Part shown: one piece after another, positions 1-13,138 of the stretch
Layout: the number at the start of each line of letters is the position of its first letter
How positions within the stretch are numbered: the stretch's first letter is position 1
Assembly: GCA_963842525.1 (NCBI GenBank)
Contig: CAWJGT010000023.1
Coordinates: 352,001-416,000, forward strand
Source: an uncultured Holophagales bacterium
GTDB lineage: Bacteria > Acidobacteriota > Thermoanaerobaculia > Multivoradales > UBA5704
Reading direction: 5' to 3'
Length of the DNA stretch: 64,000 bases
The notes under the pieces: model-generated
Told to the model about the DNA's origin: nothing
Database searches by the model: none
Seen by the model: only the letters and a program-made list of their open reading frames with translations
Made by a program: the position numbers and the translations under genes

Positions 1-1
1 C

Positions 2-1888
2 CGTTTGCTCCAGACGCTGGAGGGCCATCCAGGTGGAGCGCTGTCAGTCGCCTGGGCGCCAAACGGAACACGACTGGCTTCCGGTGGTCGTGACCAAATG
101 CTTCGGCTGTGGCGTCCGGGCCACCACCAACCTGAGCTCGTCCTACAACACAATCAGGGCGATGTTTACGCGGTCGCATGGTCTCCAGATGGGAAGTTAT
201 TGGCTGGCGCTTCTGATAAAGTCCGAGGTTGGGATTCAGAGAGTGGCCAGTTGATCTTTGAGTTTGGAAAGAATGCAGGAGCAGCCGCGTGGTCTCCCGA
301 CGGCCAGCAACTTGCCGTCAGTACCAATGACCACATCATCCTTTGGAATCTAGCAGCAAGGCAGTCCGTCCTATCCTTCCATGCTCACCAGAAGCCTATC
401 ACTGCTCTTTCATGGTCTCCCGACGGTCGGTTATTAGCATCTGCCTCCCTCGACGATACAGCCGGGCTCTGGAATACAGTAGATGGCACGCTCATCCAAT
501 CCCTTGCCCATCGGAGCTGGGTCTTGGATGTTTCTTGGGATTCCAGAGGTGGGCAACTCGCCTCGGCCTCGGACGATCAAAGAATCCGAATCTGGGATTC
601 AGTCACAGGAAAGCTCATCCAATCTTTTGCGGGTCATGGATCTGCCTTCCATGCTGTGTCCTGGTCTCCAGAAGGAGGGCGGCTTGCGGCAGGCTCCGAC
701 GATGGCCAGATTGAGATCTGGGACGTCGAGGCCGGTCTTTCTGTTCTCGTATCGCAGAGCTCTCGGACTTCCGCTCACATGATATCTTGGGACCACAATG
801 CTGCACGCCTTGCCTCCTCCTCGGCAGATGGAATTCGGATCTGGGACTCTCGAAGCGGAAAAGTAATACTCAGCCGACAAGAACCAGCAGGTTATTATTT
901 TTGGATACCGGATGGAGAGAAACTACTCGCTATCGACTTGCTTTATGGAGAAGTCAGGATCTGTGATATAAGCGAAAGAGAAGACGTGATTCTCAGGTCT
1001 TCGCGAAAAGGAAGCTATAAGCCCCCGTTCGTCGCCTTCTCTTTATCTCCTGACCATCATTGGTTAGCATATGGCGATTTCCAAGGCCTTATGTATGTCG
1101 GCAAAACCGCGGACCATGCTAGTCTGCGATCTATAAAAAAACACAATAGTTGGGTCCACGCTATCGCTTGGTCCCCTGATGCAAATCTTATAGCTTCCGC
1201 CGCTTCTGAGCCTACCATCCAGATCTGGGAACCCAGTTCCGGGAGAAGCATTCATACACTCTTGGGGCATGAGGATATGATTGGGGTTCTTGCCTGGGCC
1301 TCAAATGGAGCCTTGCTTGCTTCTGCTTCAACAGATGCAACAGTCCGGCTCTGGGAGCCCGTCTCCGGGCAGTGTCTCGCAACCCTGGAAGGTCACCTGA
1401 GCGCTGTTGTAGCCCTCTCGTGGGCATCCGACAACGGCCGGCTCGCGTCCGCTTCCGTCGATGGGACAGTCCGTCTTTGGGAGCCGAGTTCCGGTTCACC
1501 TCTCCATACCCTCGACGTCCCCGCGCCCATTGACCTGGAATGGTCCCCCGACGGAACGCGAATAGCGGTCACATCAAATCGTGGGTTTATAGAGCTATGG
1601 AACGTCGCCACCGACCCACCTCGCCCTCTCGGCCGGCTCTATCAGACCCCGGACGGCACCGGCTTTGCCGCCACGCCGGACGGCTACGTTTCCGGCCCGC
1701 CGGAGGCGCTCGAATGGGTGCGCTGGGGTGACGGGTGGGCACTCTATGATCTGACGGATGTGCCAGATCGGCTGTCGCCCGAGCGGGTCGCAGCAGCACT
1801 TCGGGGTGAAGGCCTTCCGACAGGTAGGCGAAGACGAGGGGCTGTCCCTACGAAAGCGTCCCGGCGGCGGCCAAAGCCAGGGGGCTGA
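2..1888 (+). CDS. WD40-repeat beta-propeller protein, 5'-truncated by the window edge (probably the C-terminal part of a STAND/NACHT-WD40 protein)
   Basis: About 13 repeats of the form GH...V.A.AWSPDG..LASAS.D..IR.WD; ORF is open from the window start. Confidence 0.9.
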   Translation, partial: RLLQTLEGHPGGALSVAWAPNGTRLASGGRDQMLRLWRPGHHQPELVLQHNQGDVYAVAWSPDGKLLAGASDKVRGWDSESGQLIFEFGKNAGAAAWSPDGQQLAVSTNDHIILWNLAARQSVLSFHAHQKPITALSWSPDGRLLASASLDDTAGLWNTVDGTLIQSLAHRSWVLDVSWDSRGGQLASASDDQRIRIWDSVTGKLIQSFAGHGSAFHAVSWSPEGGRLAAGSDDGQIEIWDVEAGLSVLVSQSSRTSAHMISWDHNAARLASSSADGIRIWDSRSGKVILSRQEPAGYYFWIPDGEKLLAIDLLYGEVRICDISEREDVILRSSRKGSYKPPFVAFSLSPDHHWLAYGDFQGLMYVGKTADHASLRSIKKHNSWVHAIAWSPDANLIASAASEPTIQIWEPSSGRSIHTLLGHEDMIGVLAWASNGALLASASTDATVRLWEPVSGQCLATLEGHLSAVVALSWASDNGRLASASVDGTVRLWEPSSGSPLHTLDVPAPIDLEWSPDGTRIAVTSNRGFIELWNVATDPPRPLGRLYQTPDGTGFAATPDGYVSGPPEALEWVRWGDGWALYDLTDVPDRLSPERVAAALRGEGLPTGRRRRGAVPTKASRRRPKPGG

Positions 1889-2094
1889 GCCAGGTTTCCG
1901 CCGTCCACGCCCAACCCATAGACAAGCGGCCCCCGATCCCCCTGTGGCGGACTGCATCGGGAAAGCTGCCGACTGTGGCGGGAGTCTCGTTGCCGCCGCT
2001 CCCCGCCCTGAGGCTCGCGGTCGGTTTCGCATCGACCCCGAGCCTCGTCTCGCCGACCCAGGCCGGCAGCTCATTGACCGTGATCAAGGTCTCG

Positions 2095-2480
2095 CTGCTC
2101 GTGATCTGAGCCTTTCTGCCCGCAGCCAGCGGCTTTCGACTCCCTGACAAAGCAACGCTGACACGTGTCGACGTCCCGGTGACAGCAGCCAGCGGCTGGC
2201 TGACCCAAGCCAGGGCCTCTCTGCTCCCGAGGCGGCTCTCTCTGCTCGCGGTCAGCGGCTGTCGGCTCCCTGTCAGAGTCACGTTGACACGGGTCAACGT
2301 CCCATGGATCGCAGCCAGCGGCTCTCTGATCCGGGTCAGAGCCTCTCTGCTCCCGAGGCGGCTCTCTCTGCCCGCGGTCAGCGGCTTTCTGGTCCCTGGC
2401 AGAGCCACGCTGACACGGGTCAACGTCCCATGGATCGCTGCCAGCGCCTCACTGACCCAGGTCAGGATCTCTCTCCTTGC
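2095..2480. repeat. Degenerate tandem repeat with a 63-bp period and a 126-bp higher-order unit
   Basis: CAGCGGCT-like motif at 2127, 2190, 2253, 2316, 2379, 2442; G(C/T)TGACACG at 2157, 2283, 2409. Confidence 0.85.
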
Positions 2481-2584
2481 GGTCAATGACTGCCTGATTG
2501 GGGTCAAGAACTTCCGGAAGAGCGCCGGCTCTGCCAGGACCGCGGCCGCCAGCGTCCTCGTCCAAGTCTGAAAACGCTATTCCC

Positions 2585-2702
2585 GCCGGTCTGCCGCGGG
2601 ATTCGGTGGCAAACGTGTCGCTGGTTCTCGCTGTCAAATAAAAACCAACTGGTGGAATGTGTCGGCCAGATCTCCGAGCGTGATCTCGAGTTGATCTTCG
2701 TC
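2585..2702 (+). pseudogene. mazF: C-terminal fragment of a MazF/PemK toxin, inverted relative to its antitoxin and frameshifted
   Basis: Reads GLPRDSVANVSLVLAV, then after a 1-nt shift NKNQLVECVGQISERDLELIF, matching the MazF GL..DSVANVSQ motif. Confidence 0.65.
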
Positions 2703-2707
2703 GCGGA

Positions 2708-2944
2708 TCACCACTCGACGCGCCGGAGCACGCTCCGTGCCGTTTCGGTCACGAAGCGATCCTCGGGCTCTGCGATCGAATCCCAGACTTCGTTCAGACG
2801 CTCAGTGATCGTATCCGGGTTGTGGCGGGCGAGGTATTCGACCAGTGCATTGGTGTAGAGCTGGCTCCTGGTCGTCTCCAGACGTTCGGCCACTCGCTCA
2901 GCTTCCTGGAAGATGTGGTCCGGAACAGAAATCGCAGTCTTCAT
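2708..2944 (-). CDS. Ribbon-helix-helix antitoxin (MazE6/ChpI-like)
   Basis: MKTAISVPDHIFQEAERVAERLETTRSQLYTNAL...ITERLNEVW...VEW; the stop overlaps a GTG ATC CGC toxin-like start. Confidence 0.8.
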   Translation of the reverse strand: MKTAISVPDHIFQEAERVAERLETTRSQLYTNALVEYLARHNPDTITERLNEVWDSIAEPEDRFVTETARSVLRRVEW

Positions 2945-3180
2945 ACTCGGAGCATAAGCCATCTCGGCGCTCCCAGGGCACCCCCGCCCGGCGCAAAAGT
3001 TGGCGCCTATGGGGGACGGGGCTGAGGGCCTACGGCCAGCCATCGAGGTGTCGCCTGTCAGGCCCCATCCCGCTTCAGCTTGTGCGGCGTACAGCGCCCC
3101 TCCGGGCCATGGTACGACGGCCCGGAGGGGTTGGGTTTCAGCCCTGCTGCGATGGCCGGACGCGGGTCGATCGCTCTTCC

Positions 3181-6399
<3,219 letters not shown>

Positions 6400-6900
6400 G
6401 GAGATCTTCCTCCCCGATCGATGTGAAGGCCCGGTCTTGAGCCCCTCACACCACTTAGACCCGCGACGCGGCGAAAACGATCCTGTGTGCCTCATCCCGT
6501 GAACCGAAGCGACATGTGTTTGACAGCGTACCGACTGCCCCGGCGCTATGCTCCCCTACTGTAGGACGCCGACCGTGGGGATCGTCATCGACTGCAGCGG
6601 CGACGTCGGTTCAAAAGCCAGCGCTGAGCAGACGGTCGAAGGCGCCGAGGTCGTCTTACCAGATCGGGACACCCCGTGGCGAACCTCGACCCGATCCAGA
6701 CGGCCAGCCTTTCAATTCGGTCCGCTTAGCGGCCGCTGAGACGCCCCGGGGCGTCTCGACAGCTCTGGGGGCAAGCGCGAGCGGCATGAAGATCTTGAGA
6801 TTTCTGCCTCGGTACGGCAGTGGCACCTTCCCGCCGTCCCGCAGCTCTTTGGCCTGCAGAATCTGGCAAACATTTTCGCCTCCTTCCACCAATCAGGTTT

Positions 6901-9352
6901 CTACTCGCTGCGCAGCGCCTCCGCTGGATCAACCTCGGCCGCACGGCGCGCCGGCTCCAGACAGGCGAAGATCGCGACGCCGAGCATCGCCAGCGGTGCG
7001 ACAGAGAAAGCCACCGCGTCGAGCGGCTCGACGCCGAAGAGCAGGCTTGCCATCAACCGCGTCACGGCCAGCGCCGCGCCGATCCCGAGCGCGAGGCCCG
7101 CCACGGTGAGCACCAGCCCTTCGCGCAGGACCAGGCGCAAGAGCCGCGCCCTGGTCGCGCCGAGCGCGGCCCGCACGCCCATCTCGCGCCGCCGCTGCGA
7201 GACGCCGTAAGAGAGCACGCCGTAGAGGCCGATCGCCGCCAGGGTCAGCGCGAGCGCGGCGAAGACGGCGAGCACGAGAGCCGCAAAACGCGGCTGCGCC
7301 ACCGCGGCGGACAGCCGGCTCGTCAGACTGCCGACCTCGTCGAGGGCGGCCAGCGGCTCGATGTCGCGCACCAGCCGCCGCAGGTCCGGCGCGAGAGGGA
7401 GCGGATCGCCCTTGGTGCGCACCAGAAGGAACACCTGGGCGCCGAGCTTCCCGGCCGTACGACCCCGCCGCAAGATAGATCTCGGGCTGCGGCGGCCGGC
7501 TGGGCCCATCCTTCAGGACATTGTCGACCACCCCCACGATCTCGGTCATCGTCTCGTCATCGCCCCTGGCGAGGATGCCGGTATACCTCCGGCCCACCGC
7601 GGGCTTGCCGTCCGCCAGGAACAGGCGCACGAACTCCTCGTTCACCACCATCGCCTGCGTGCCGGACGTGAGGTCGCCGGCCTGGAGGAAACGACCGCTC
7701 TTGACCCGCAGCCCGAGCGCCTGTCCGAAGCCCGGAGTCACCATCCAGGTATTCGCGCGGGCGACCGTCTGCTCGCCGTCGGGTCCGCCCGCGGGCAGGG
7801 TGAACCCGCTGATCGCAGTGCTGTTCCCGAACGGCGCCATGTTGGCCGCGCCTGCCGCCACCACGCCAGGCAGGGCTTGCAGGCGTGCCATCAGCGTATT
7901 CACGAGCGCCGTGCTCCGCACCTCTTCCCCCTCCACCGCCGGCAGAAAGAGCTGGGCCGTGAGCACGTTCGACGGCTCATAACCGCCATCCACCTGGATG
8001 AGCCGGGCGAAGCTGCGGATCAGCAGGCCGGCGCCGATGAGGAGGAGGACGGCGAGCGCGGCCTCGGACACGAGCAACCCACCGCGCAGCCTCTTGCCGG
8101 CCGCGCTCGTCGCCCGGTTGTCGCCCTCGTGCAGGACGGGCGCCAGCCCGCTGCGCGTGCCCCGCCAGGTCGGCACCAGGCCGGACAGCAGGCCGGCGAG
8201 CAGCGACGCGGCCACCGCGAACGCCAGGACGCGGCCGTCGAGCTGGATCTCTTCGAGGCGCGGCAGGTCTTCCGGCGCCAGCGCCGGGACCGCCCGCGTG
8301 AGCCCCCAGGCGAGCAGGATGCCGAGCGCTCCGCCGAACATCGACAGCACCAGGCTTTCGGTGAGGAGCTGGCGGGCCAGCCGCCCGCGGCCGGCGCCGA
8401 GCGCGGACCGGACGGCCAGCTCCCGCTGCCGTGCGACACCCCGCGAAAGATAGAGATTGGAGACATTGGCGCAGGCGATGAGCAGGACGAGGCCGACCGC
8501 CACGGCGAGCACGACGAGCGCCGGCCGGATGCTCGCCGTCAGCTCGTCGACCATCGGCCGGATACGCACCTCGACCGGCTGCCCCTTGCCGAACAACATA
8601 TCGGCCGCCATGGGCCGCGGCACCGCGCGTGCCGCCGCCGTCCCCTCGGCGGCAGCCTGAGAAGGCGTCATACCCGGCTTCAGCCGTCCCAGCGCCGGGA
8701 ACACGTGCATCCCGCGCTGCTCCGGGTTCTCCGGCCGAGGGATCACGTGCGGCATCCACAGCACGACCTCGGGGCTCGGGAAGGCGAAGCCCGGAGGCGC
8801 CACGCCGACGATGCGGCGGGGCCGGCCGTCAAGGAAGATCGACTGGCCGACAGCCGCCGGACTGCCGCCGAAACGCTCGCGCCAGAACGAATGACCGAGG
8901 ACGACCACGTCGTCAGCCCCTTCGACAGCCTCTCCGGGCTCGAAGAAGCGGCCTGCCGCGGGAGCCACGCGGAGCAGCGGAAACAGGGACGGCGACGCCG
9001 ACGCACCCGGCAGCCGCACCGGGTTCTCCCGCCCGACCGTAAAAACCTCGTCGTTGTAGGCGGCCACCCCTTCCAGTGTCCGCATCGCCGGCGTCCAGCT
9101 CTCCAGGGTCACATCGCTCAGGAGGGCCCAGACCAGCGGCGAATTGGCGCCCGGATGCTCCTCCGAGATGCTCACCAGCCGCTCCGGATCGGCATACGGC
9201 AGCGGCTTGAGCAGCACGCCGTAGATCACCGAAAAGATCGCCGTGTTTGCGCCGATGCCGAGCGCGAGCGTCAGGGAGGCGGCGGCCGTAAAGCCCTTCT
9301 GCCTTCCCATCCACCGCAGCGTATGCCGGACGTCCTGCCAGAGCTTTTCCAA
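6901..9352 (-). CDS. ADOP-type duplicated ABC permease (MacB/FtsX family), frameshift near 7450-7480
   Basis: LTLALGIGANTAIFSV, LLIACANVSNL, RQRELAVRSALGA, GLYGVLSYGVSQRRREMGVRAALGA, PARRAAEVDPAEALRSE, split over two frames. Confidence 0.9.
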
Positions 9353-9437
9353 AGGTCACCTCATCGAGCAGAATGCAGTCTACCCTTCCCTCTTGGACGA
9401 CCCGCGGCAGGGATCGGTTCCCGGTCCGAGGAGCCTC

Positions 9438-9885
9438 CTACTCCCCCCGCAACGCCTCCGCCGGATCGACCGCCGCCGCACGGCGCGCCGGGACCAGACA
9501 GGCGACGACCGCGACGCCGAGCATCGCCAGCGGTGCTGCGGCGAAGGCCACCGTATCGAGCGGCGTCACGCCGAAGAGCAGGCTCGCCATCAGCCGCGTC
9601 ACGCCCGCGGACGCGCCGATCCCGAGGGCCAGGCCGAGAGCGGTCAGGATCAATCCCTCGCGCAGGACGAGGCGAGTTGGCGCCCGGATGCTCCTCCGAG
9701 ACACTGACCAGCCGCTCCGGATCGGCATAGGGCAACGGCTTGAGCAGCACGCCCCAGACCACGGAAAAAATCGCCGTATTCGCGCCGATGCCGAGCGCGA
9801 GCGTGAGAGAAACGGCGGCCGTGAAGCCCTTCTGCCTCCTCATCCACCGGAGCGTGTGCCGGACGTCCCGCCAGAGCGTCTCCAC
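9438..9885 (-). pseudogene. Internally deleted paralog of the ADOP permease (first ~70 aa joined out of frame to the last ~75 aa)
   Basis: METLWRDVRH...EHPGANS is followed directly at ~9670 by RLVLREGL...VDPAEALRGE. Confidence 0.85.
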
Positions 9886-10007
9886 AGGTAACCTCGCCTT
9901 CGCCTGCTGTCCAGGAAACGAAGTCTATGCGCGGCATCCCTCAGGGGCGGCTCACCAGACCGCTTGCTCCGGATGATCCTGCCGGCGTCTTGCGGTAAGA
10001 TGACTCC

Positions 10008-10994
10008 ATGCGGCCAGTTTTCGCGGATCCCAAGACCGACTTCGTCTTCAAGCGTATTTTTGGCAGCGAAACCCACAAGCCGCTCCTCATCGAGCTGCTC
10101 AACGCCCTGCTGGAGCTCTCAGGAGACCACCGGATCGTCGACCTCAAATACCTCTCCCCCGAGCAGCACGTGCCGGTCGAAGAGCTGAAGCTGTCCGTGG
10201 TTGATGTCAAGTGCTTCGACCAGCGCGGCCGGCACTACGTGGTCGAGATGCAGGTGCTCAACGTCGAGGGATTTGAAAAGCGGGTGGTCTACAACGCTTC
10301 CAAGGCCTACGTCACCCAACTGCGTACCGGCGAGGACTACCCCGGCCTCGACGACGTGGTGGGGGTGACGATCTGCGATTTTCTGCTCTGGCCCGGACCA
10401 CCGGCTCCTGGTGGCGCGCCGGTGCCGATGCTCAGCCGCTGGCGGATGCAGGAGCAGCACGGTGGCGCCCTCGGCCTTTCTCAGGTCCAGTACGTGTTCC
10501 TGGAACTGCCCAAGTACCGTGCCGGCGCCGATCCGCGGGGAACGATCGACCGTTGGGCCTACTTCTTCCGCGAGGCGGAGAACCTGGAGATGGTGCCACC
10601 AGCCCTGGCGCAGCCGCCATACCGTGAGGCCTTGGAGGTTGCTCGCATAGCGGGCTTCAGCACCGGCGAGCTCGACCTCTACGACCGAGCGAAGATCGCC
10701 GAGCAAGACGCCCGTGGCGCCCTCAGCCTGGCCGAACGGCAAGGCCGCGAAGAGGGGTGGCGCGAAGGCCACGACGAGGGGTTGCGAGAGGGCCGCGACA
10801 AAGGACTGCGAGAGGGCCGCGACGAGGGGCTGCGAGAGGGCCGCGACGAAGGACTGCGCGAAGCGATCCTCATCCTTTGCCAGACCCTGGAGATCGATGT
10901 CGACGCGGAGCGTGAAGCCCTCCTGGCCGGTCTGGGAGCTGGCGAGCTGAAAGCGCTGCAAGCCCGCCTGCTGCGCGAGCGGCGCTGGAGCTGA
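10008..10994 (+). CDS. Rpn family recombination-promoting nuclease / PD-(D/E)XK putative transposase
   Basis: DPKTDFVFKRIFG, VVDVKC...VEMQV, FLELPK; C-terminal (EGLREGRD)n. Confidence 0.9.
   Translation: MRPVFADPKTDFVFKRIFGSETHKPLLIELLNALLELSGDHRIVDLKYLSPEQHVPVEELKLSVVDVKCFDQRGRHYVVEMQVLNVEGFEKRVVYNASKAYVTQLRTGEDYPGLDDVVGVTICDFLLWPGPPAPGGAPVPMLSRWRMQEQHGGALGLSQVQYVFLELPKYRAGADPRGTIDRWAYFFREAENLEMVPPALAQPPYREALEVARIAGFSTGELDLYDRAKIAEQDARGALSLAERQGREEGWREGHDEGLREGRDKGLREGRDEGLREGRDEGLREAILILCQTLEIDVDAEREALLAGLGAGELKALQARLLRERRWS
10741..10863 (+). repeat. Coding 12/24-bp tandem repeat (EGxREGRD) in the Rpn tail
   Basis: GAGGGCCGCGAC.A.GG.CTGCG repeated. Confidence 0.8.
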
Positions 10995-11044
10995 AGTGCT
11001 CTCCCAGGAGGCATCTTTTTTCAGTCCTTCGGAGCGCCAGCGGA

Positions 11045-11345
11045 GCGTCGAGAGGAGATCTCGAAGGGCTCGGGAGGATTCGGAAGACCTTCCGGACGGT
11101 TCTGAAGAGCTTCCGGACAGTTCTCCAAGGCTTCCGGACGGTTCCGGAGGGCTTCGGAAGAATTCTGAAGCCTTCCAGAATTTTTTCCAGCCCTTCGGAA
11201 AAATTCTGGAAGCCTCCAGAAACGTTCTTCAGGGCTTCCGAGCTGTCCTGAAGCCCTCCGGAAGACTTCTGAACGACTCGAAAAGTTTCTGGAAGGCTTC
11301 CGGGAAGCTGTGGAGCTTCCCGGAATTTTTCTTCAGGGCTTCGGG
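11045..11345. repeat. Degenerate tract with ~10.5/21-bp periodicity between convergent genes
   Basis: CTTCCGGA at 11089, 11110, 11131 and CTTCGGA at 11152; TTC/CTC recurs every 10-11 bp for about 28 turns. Confidence 0.8.
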
Positions 11346-12106
11346 TCCACGGCCTTCGGTTGCGGCTTCCCCGAGATCGTATCGTCGATCCACCGCGCAT
11401 AGGCCGAAACGCGCGTGTAGTACTCGACGACGCCGTAGACGCCCTCCCGGCCCTGCTCCCGGTTGTCCTGACCGGAGCTGACTCCGGCGACAAACAGGGT
11501 CCCGTCCACTTCGAGCAAAGCCGGGCCGCCGCTGTCTCCGGGTCCGCTGATGCCTTCGAGCGGAGTGCCGCCCGGAGGCTCGTCGAAGCGGAAGACCAGC
11601 ATTCCCTGGGTTGTCTTCCACACCTCGTTGGTGGCTCCCCGGAAGAGGCCGTCGCGCTTCTCTGGCCCGGTGAGGCCGGTCCCGAACCCTCCTCGTCCGA
11701 CGAAGGTTACGATCCTGCCGGCCTCATCCCGGCCGCGATAGAGCGCGACCGGCCGGGTTCCCTGCACCTCCCGCACGAGCTTCACGAGGGCCAGGTCATC
11801 CTTGCCCTCTCTCCCATCCGGATAGACAGCCACCTCCGCCACCTCATACTCCGCGTCCGCGCACCGCACCGTATGCGCTGGCTTGAACCACTTTGCGACA
11901 TGGGCGGCGGTCAGGATCCAGGCCGGAGCGACCAGAGTCCCCTCGCCTCCAGGCAGGTTCATCGCACAGGTCACAGGGAAGCGGGCTCCCAGCTCCAGAT
12001 ATCCAGCGTCCTCCCGATCGTGACGGATCACGATCGACCCCGCGGGTACCGCCATGGCCACGATCAGCACCGGCAGCAGGGCTCGTTCAACGGACCGTTT
12101 TCTCAT
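11333..12106 (-). CDS. Secreted trypsin-like (S1) serine protease
   Basis: Signal peptide; WILTAAHV, DLALVKL and GDSGGP catalytic-triad motifs. Confidence 0.9.
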   Translation of the reverse strand: MRKRSVERALLPVLIVAMAVPAGSIVIRHDREDAGYLELGARFPVTCAMNLPGGEGTLVAPAWILTAAHVAKWFKPAHTVRCADAEYEVAEVAVYPDGREGKDDLALVKLVREVQGTRPVALYRGRDEAGRIVTFVGRGGFGTGLTGPEKRDGLFRGATNEVWKTTQGMLVFRFDEPPGGTPLEGISGPGDSGGPALLEVDGTLFVAGVSSGQDNREQGREGVYGVVEYYTRVSAYARWIDDTISGKPQPKAVDPKP

Positions 12107-12208
12107 GTCCCACTCCTTTGCGGGCGGCGCAGATGGCGAAGGCAACTATGCTCGCGAGCGTGCGTATCATGGCTTGACCGGGCGGTGCCCGGCTTTCAAA
12201 AAATTGCG

Positions 12209-13138
12209 ATGCTGACGACCGAATCCGATCTCGTCCGTTCTCCCCGCCATCCCGAGATCGACCATGTCCTGTTCGCGAGCCGGCATGTGCTGGTCGGGCA
12301 ATTCCGGGTCGCCGTGGGCAACGCCGTTTTTCACGACACGGGTGCGATCCAGAACTACCTGGTCGCCTTTCCTCGCATCAGTGTGCGGATTCGCCACGAA
12401 GGAAGGCCAGCCTTCGTCGCCGACCCTTCCATCGCCACGATCTACAACCGCGGTCAGATCTACCGGCGGGACGCTATCTCCGCCGACGGGGACCGCAGCG
12501 ACTGGTTCGCGATCGATCCGCTGCTCGCCCGCTCGATCGTGGCGAAGCTCGATCCTTCTGCCGCAGAAGCTCCGGAGCGTCCGTTCCGCTTCGAGTTTGC
12601 TCCGGTCGCGGCGCAGCTCTTCTTACGGCAGCGGCTGCTGGTCCGGCGAGCACAGGCTGCACCGCTCGAAGAGCTGGAGATGGAGGAAGAGGCCGTCGGC
12701 ATCGTCGCCGATGTCCTCTCTGCGGCGGGTGCAGCTTTTGGGAGGAAGCCGGACGCTCAGAAGGTCGATCCGCGGCCGCTGGCGGAGCACGCTCGCGAGC
12801 TGCTCGCCACGACGTTCGCCGAGCCGCTCTCCCTGGTGGAGATCGCAGACCGCCTGGGCTGCTCCCCGTATCATCTCTGCCATTGCTTCCGCCGCGCGAC
12901 CGGAACGACCCTCCATGGCTACCGGATGCAATTGCGGCTGCGCACCGCGCTCGAACGGTTGGGCGAGCCGGACGTCGACCTGACGGAGCTGGCGCTCGAC
13001 CTCGGCTACTCGAGCCACAGCCACTTTACGATGAGCTTCGGGCGCTTCTTCGGCGCGGCGCCTTCGAAGCTGCGCACGCAGTTGCGGGCGGCGTCGCGAC
13101 CAGCAGGAGGCGATCCCACTCCGGCTCGACCGAGGTGA
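12209..13138 (+). CDS. AraC family transcriptional regulator
   Basis: C-terminal double HTH: PLSLVEIADRLGCSPYHLCHCFRRATG...LALDLGYSSHSHFTMSFGRFFG..PS. Confidence 0.9.
   Translation: MLTTESDLVRSPRHPEIDHVLFASRHVLVGQFRVAVGNAVFHDTGAIQNYLVAFPRISVRIRHEGRPAFVADPSIATIYNRGQIYRRDAISADGDRSDWFAIDPLLARSIVAKLDPSAAEAPERPFRFEFAPVAAQLFLRQRLLVRRAQAAPLEELEMEEEAVGIVADVLSAAGAAFGRKPDAQKVDPRPLAEHARELLATTFAEPLSLVEIADRLGCSPYHLCHCFRRATGTTLHGYRMQLRLRTALERLGEPDVDLTELALDLGYSSHSHFTMSFGRFFGAAPSKLRTQLRAASRPAGGDPTPARPR

Noticed and set aside
6516-6900. Short ORFs between the VIT gene and the permease
   Set aside because: No recognisable motif or RBS; cannot be supported.
7361-9730. 789-aa plus-strand ORF, and similar long ORFs at 17242-19491, 22015-25098, 32614-34836, 55715-58108 and 59390-62719
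   Set aside because: Antisense shadows of well-supported genes, typical of high-GC DNA; no motifs.
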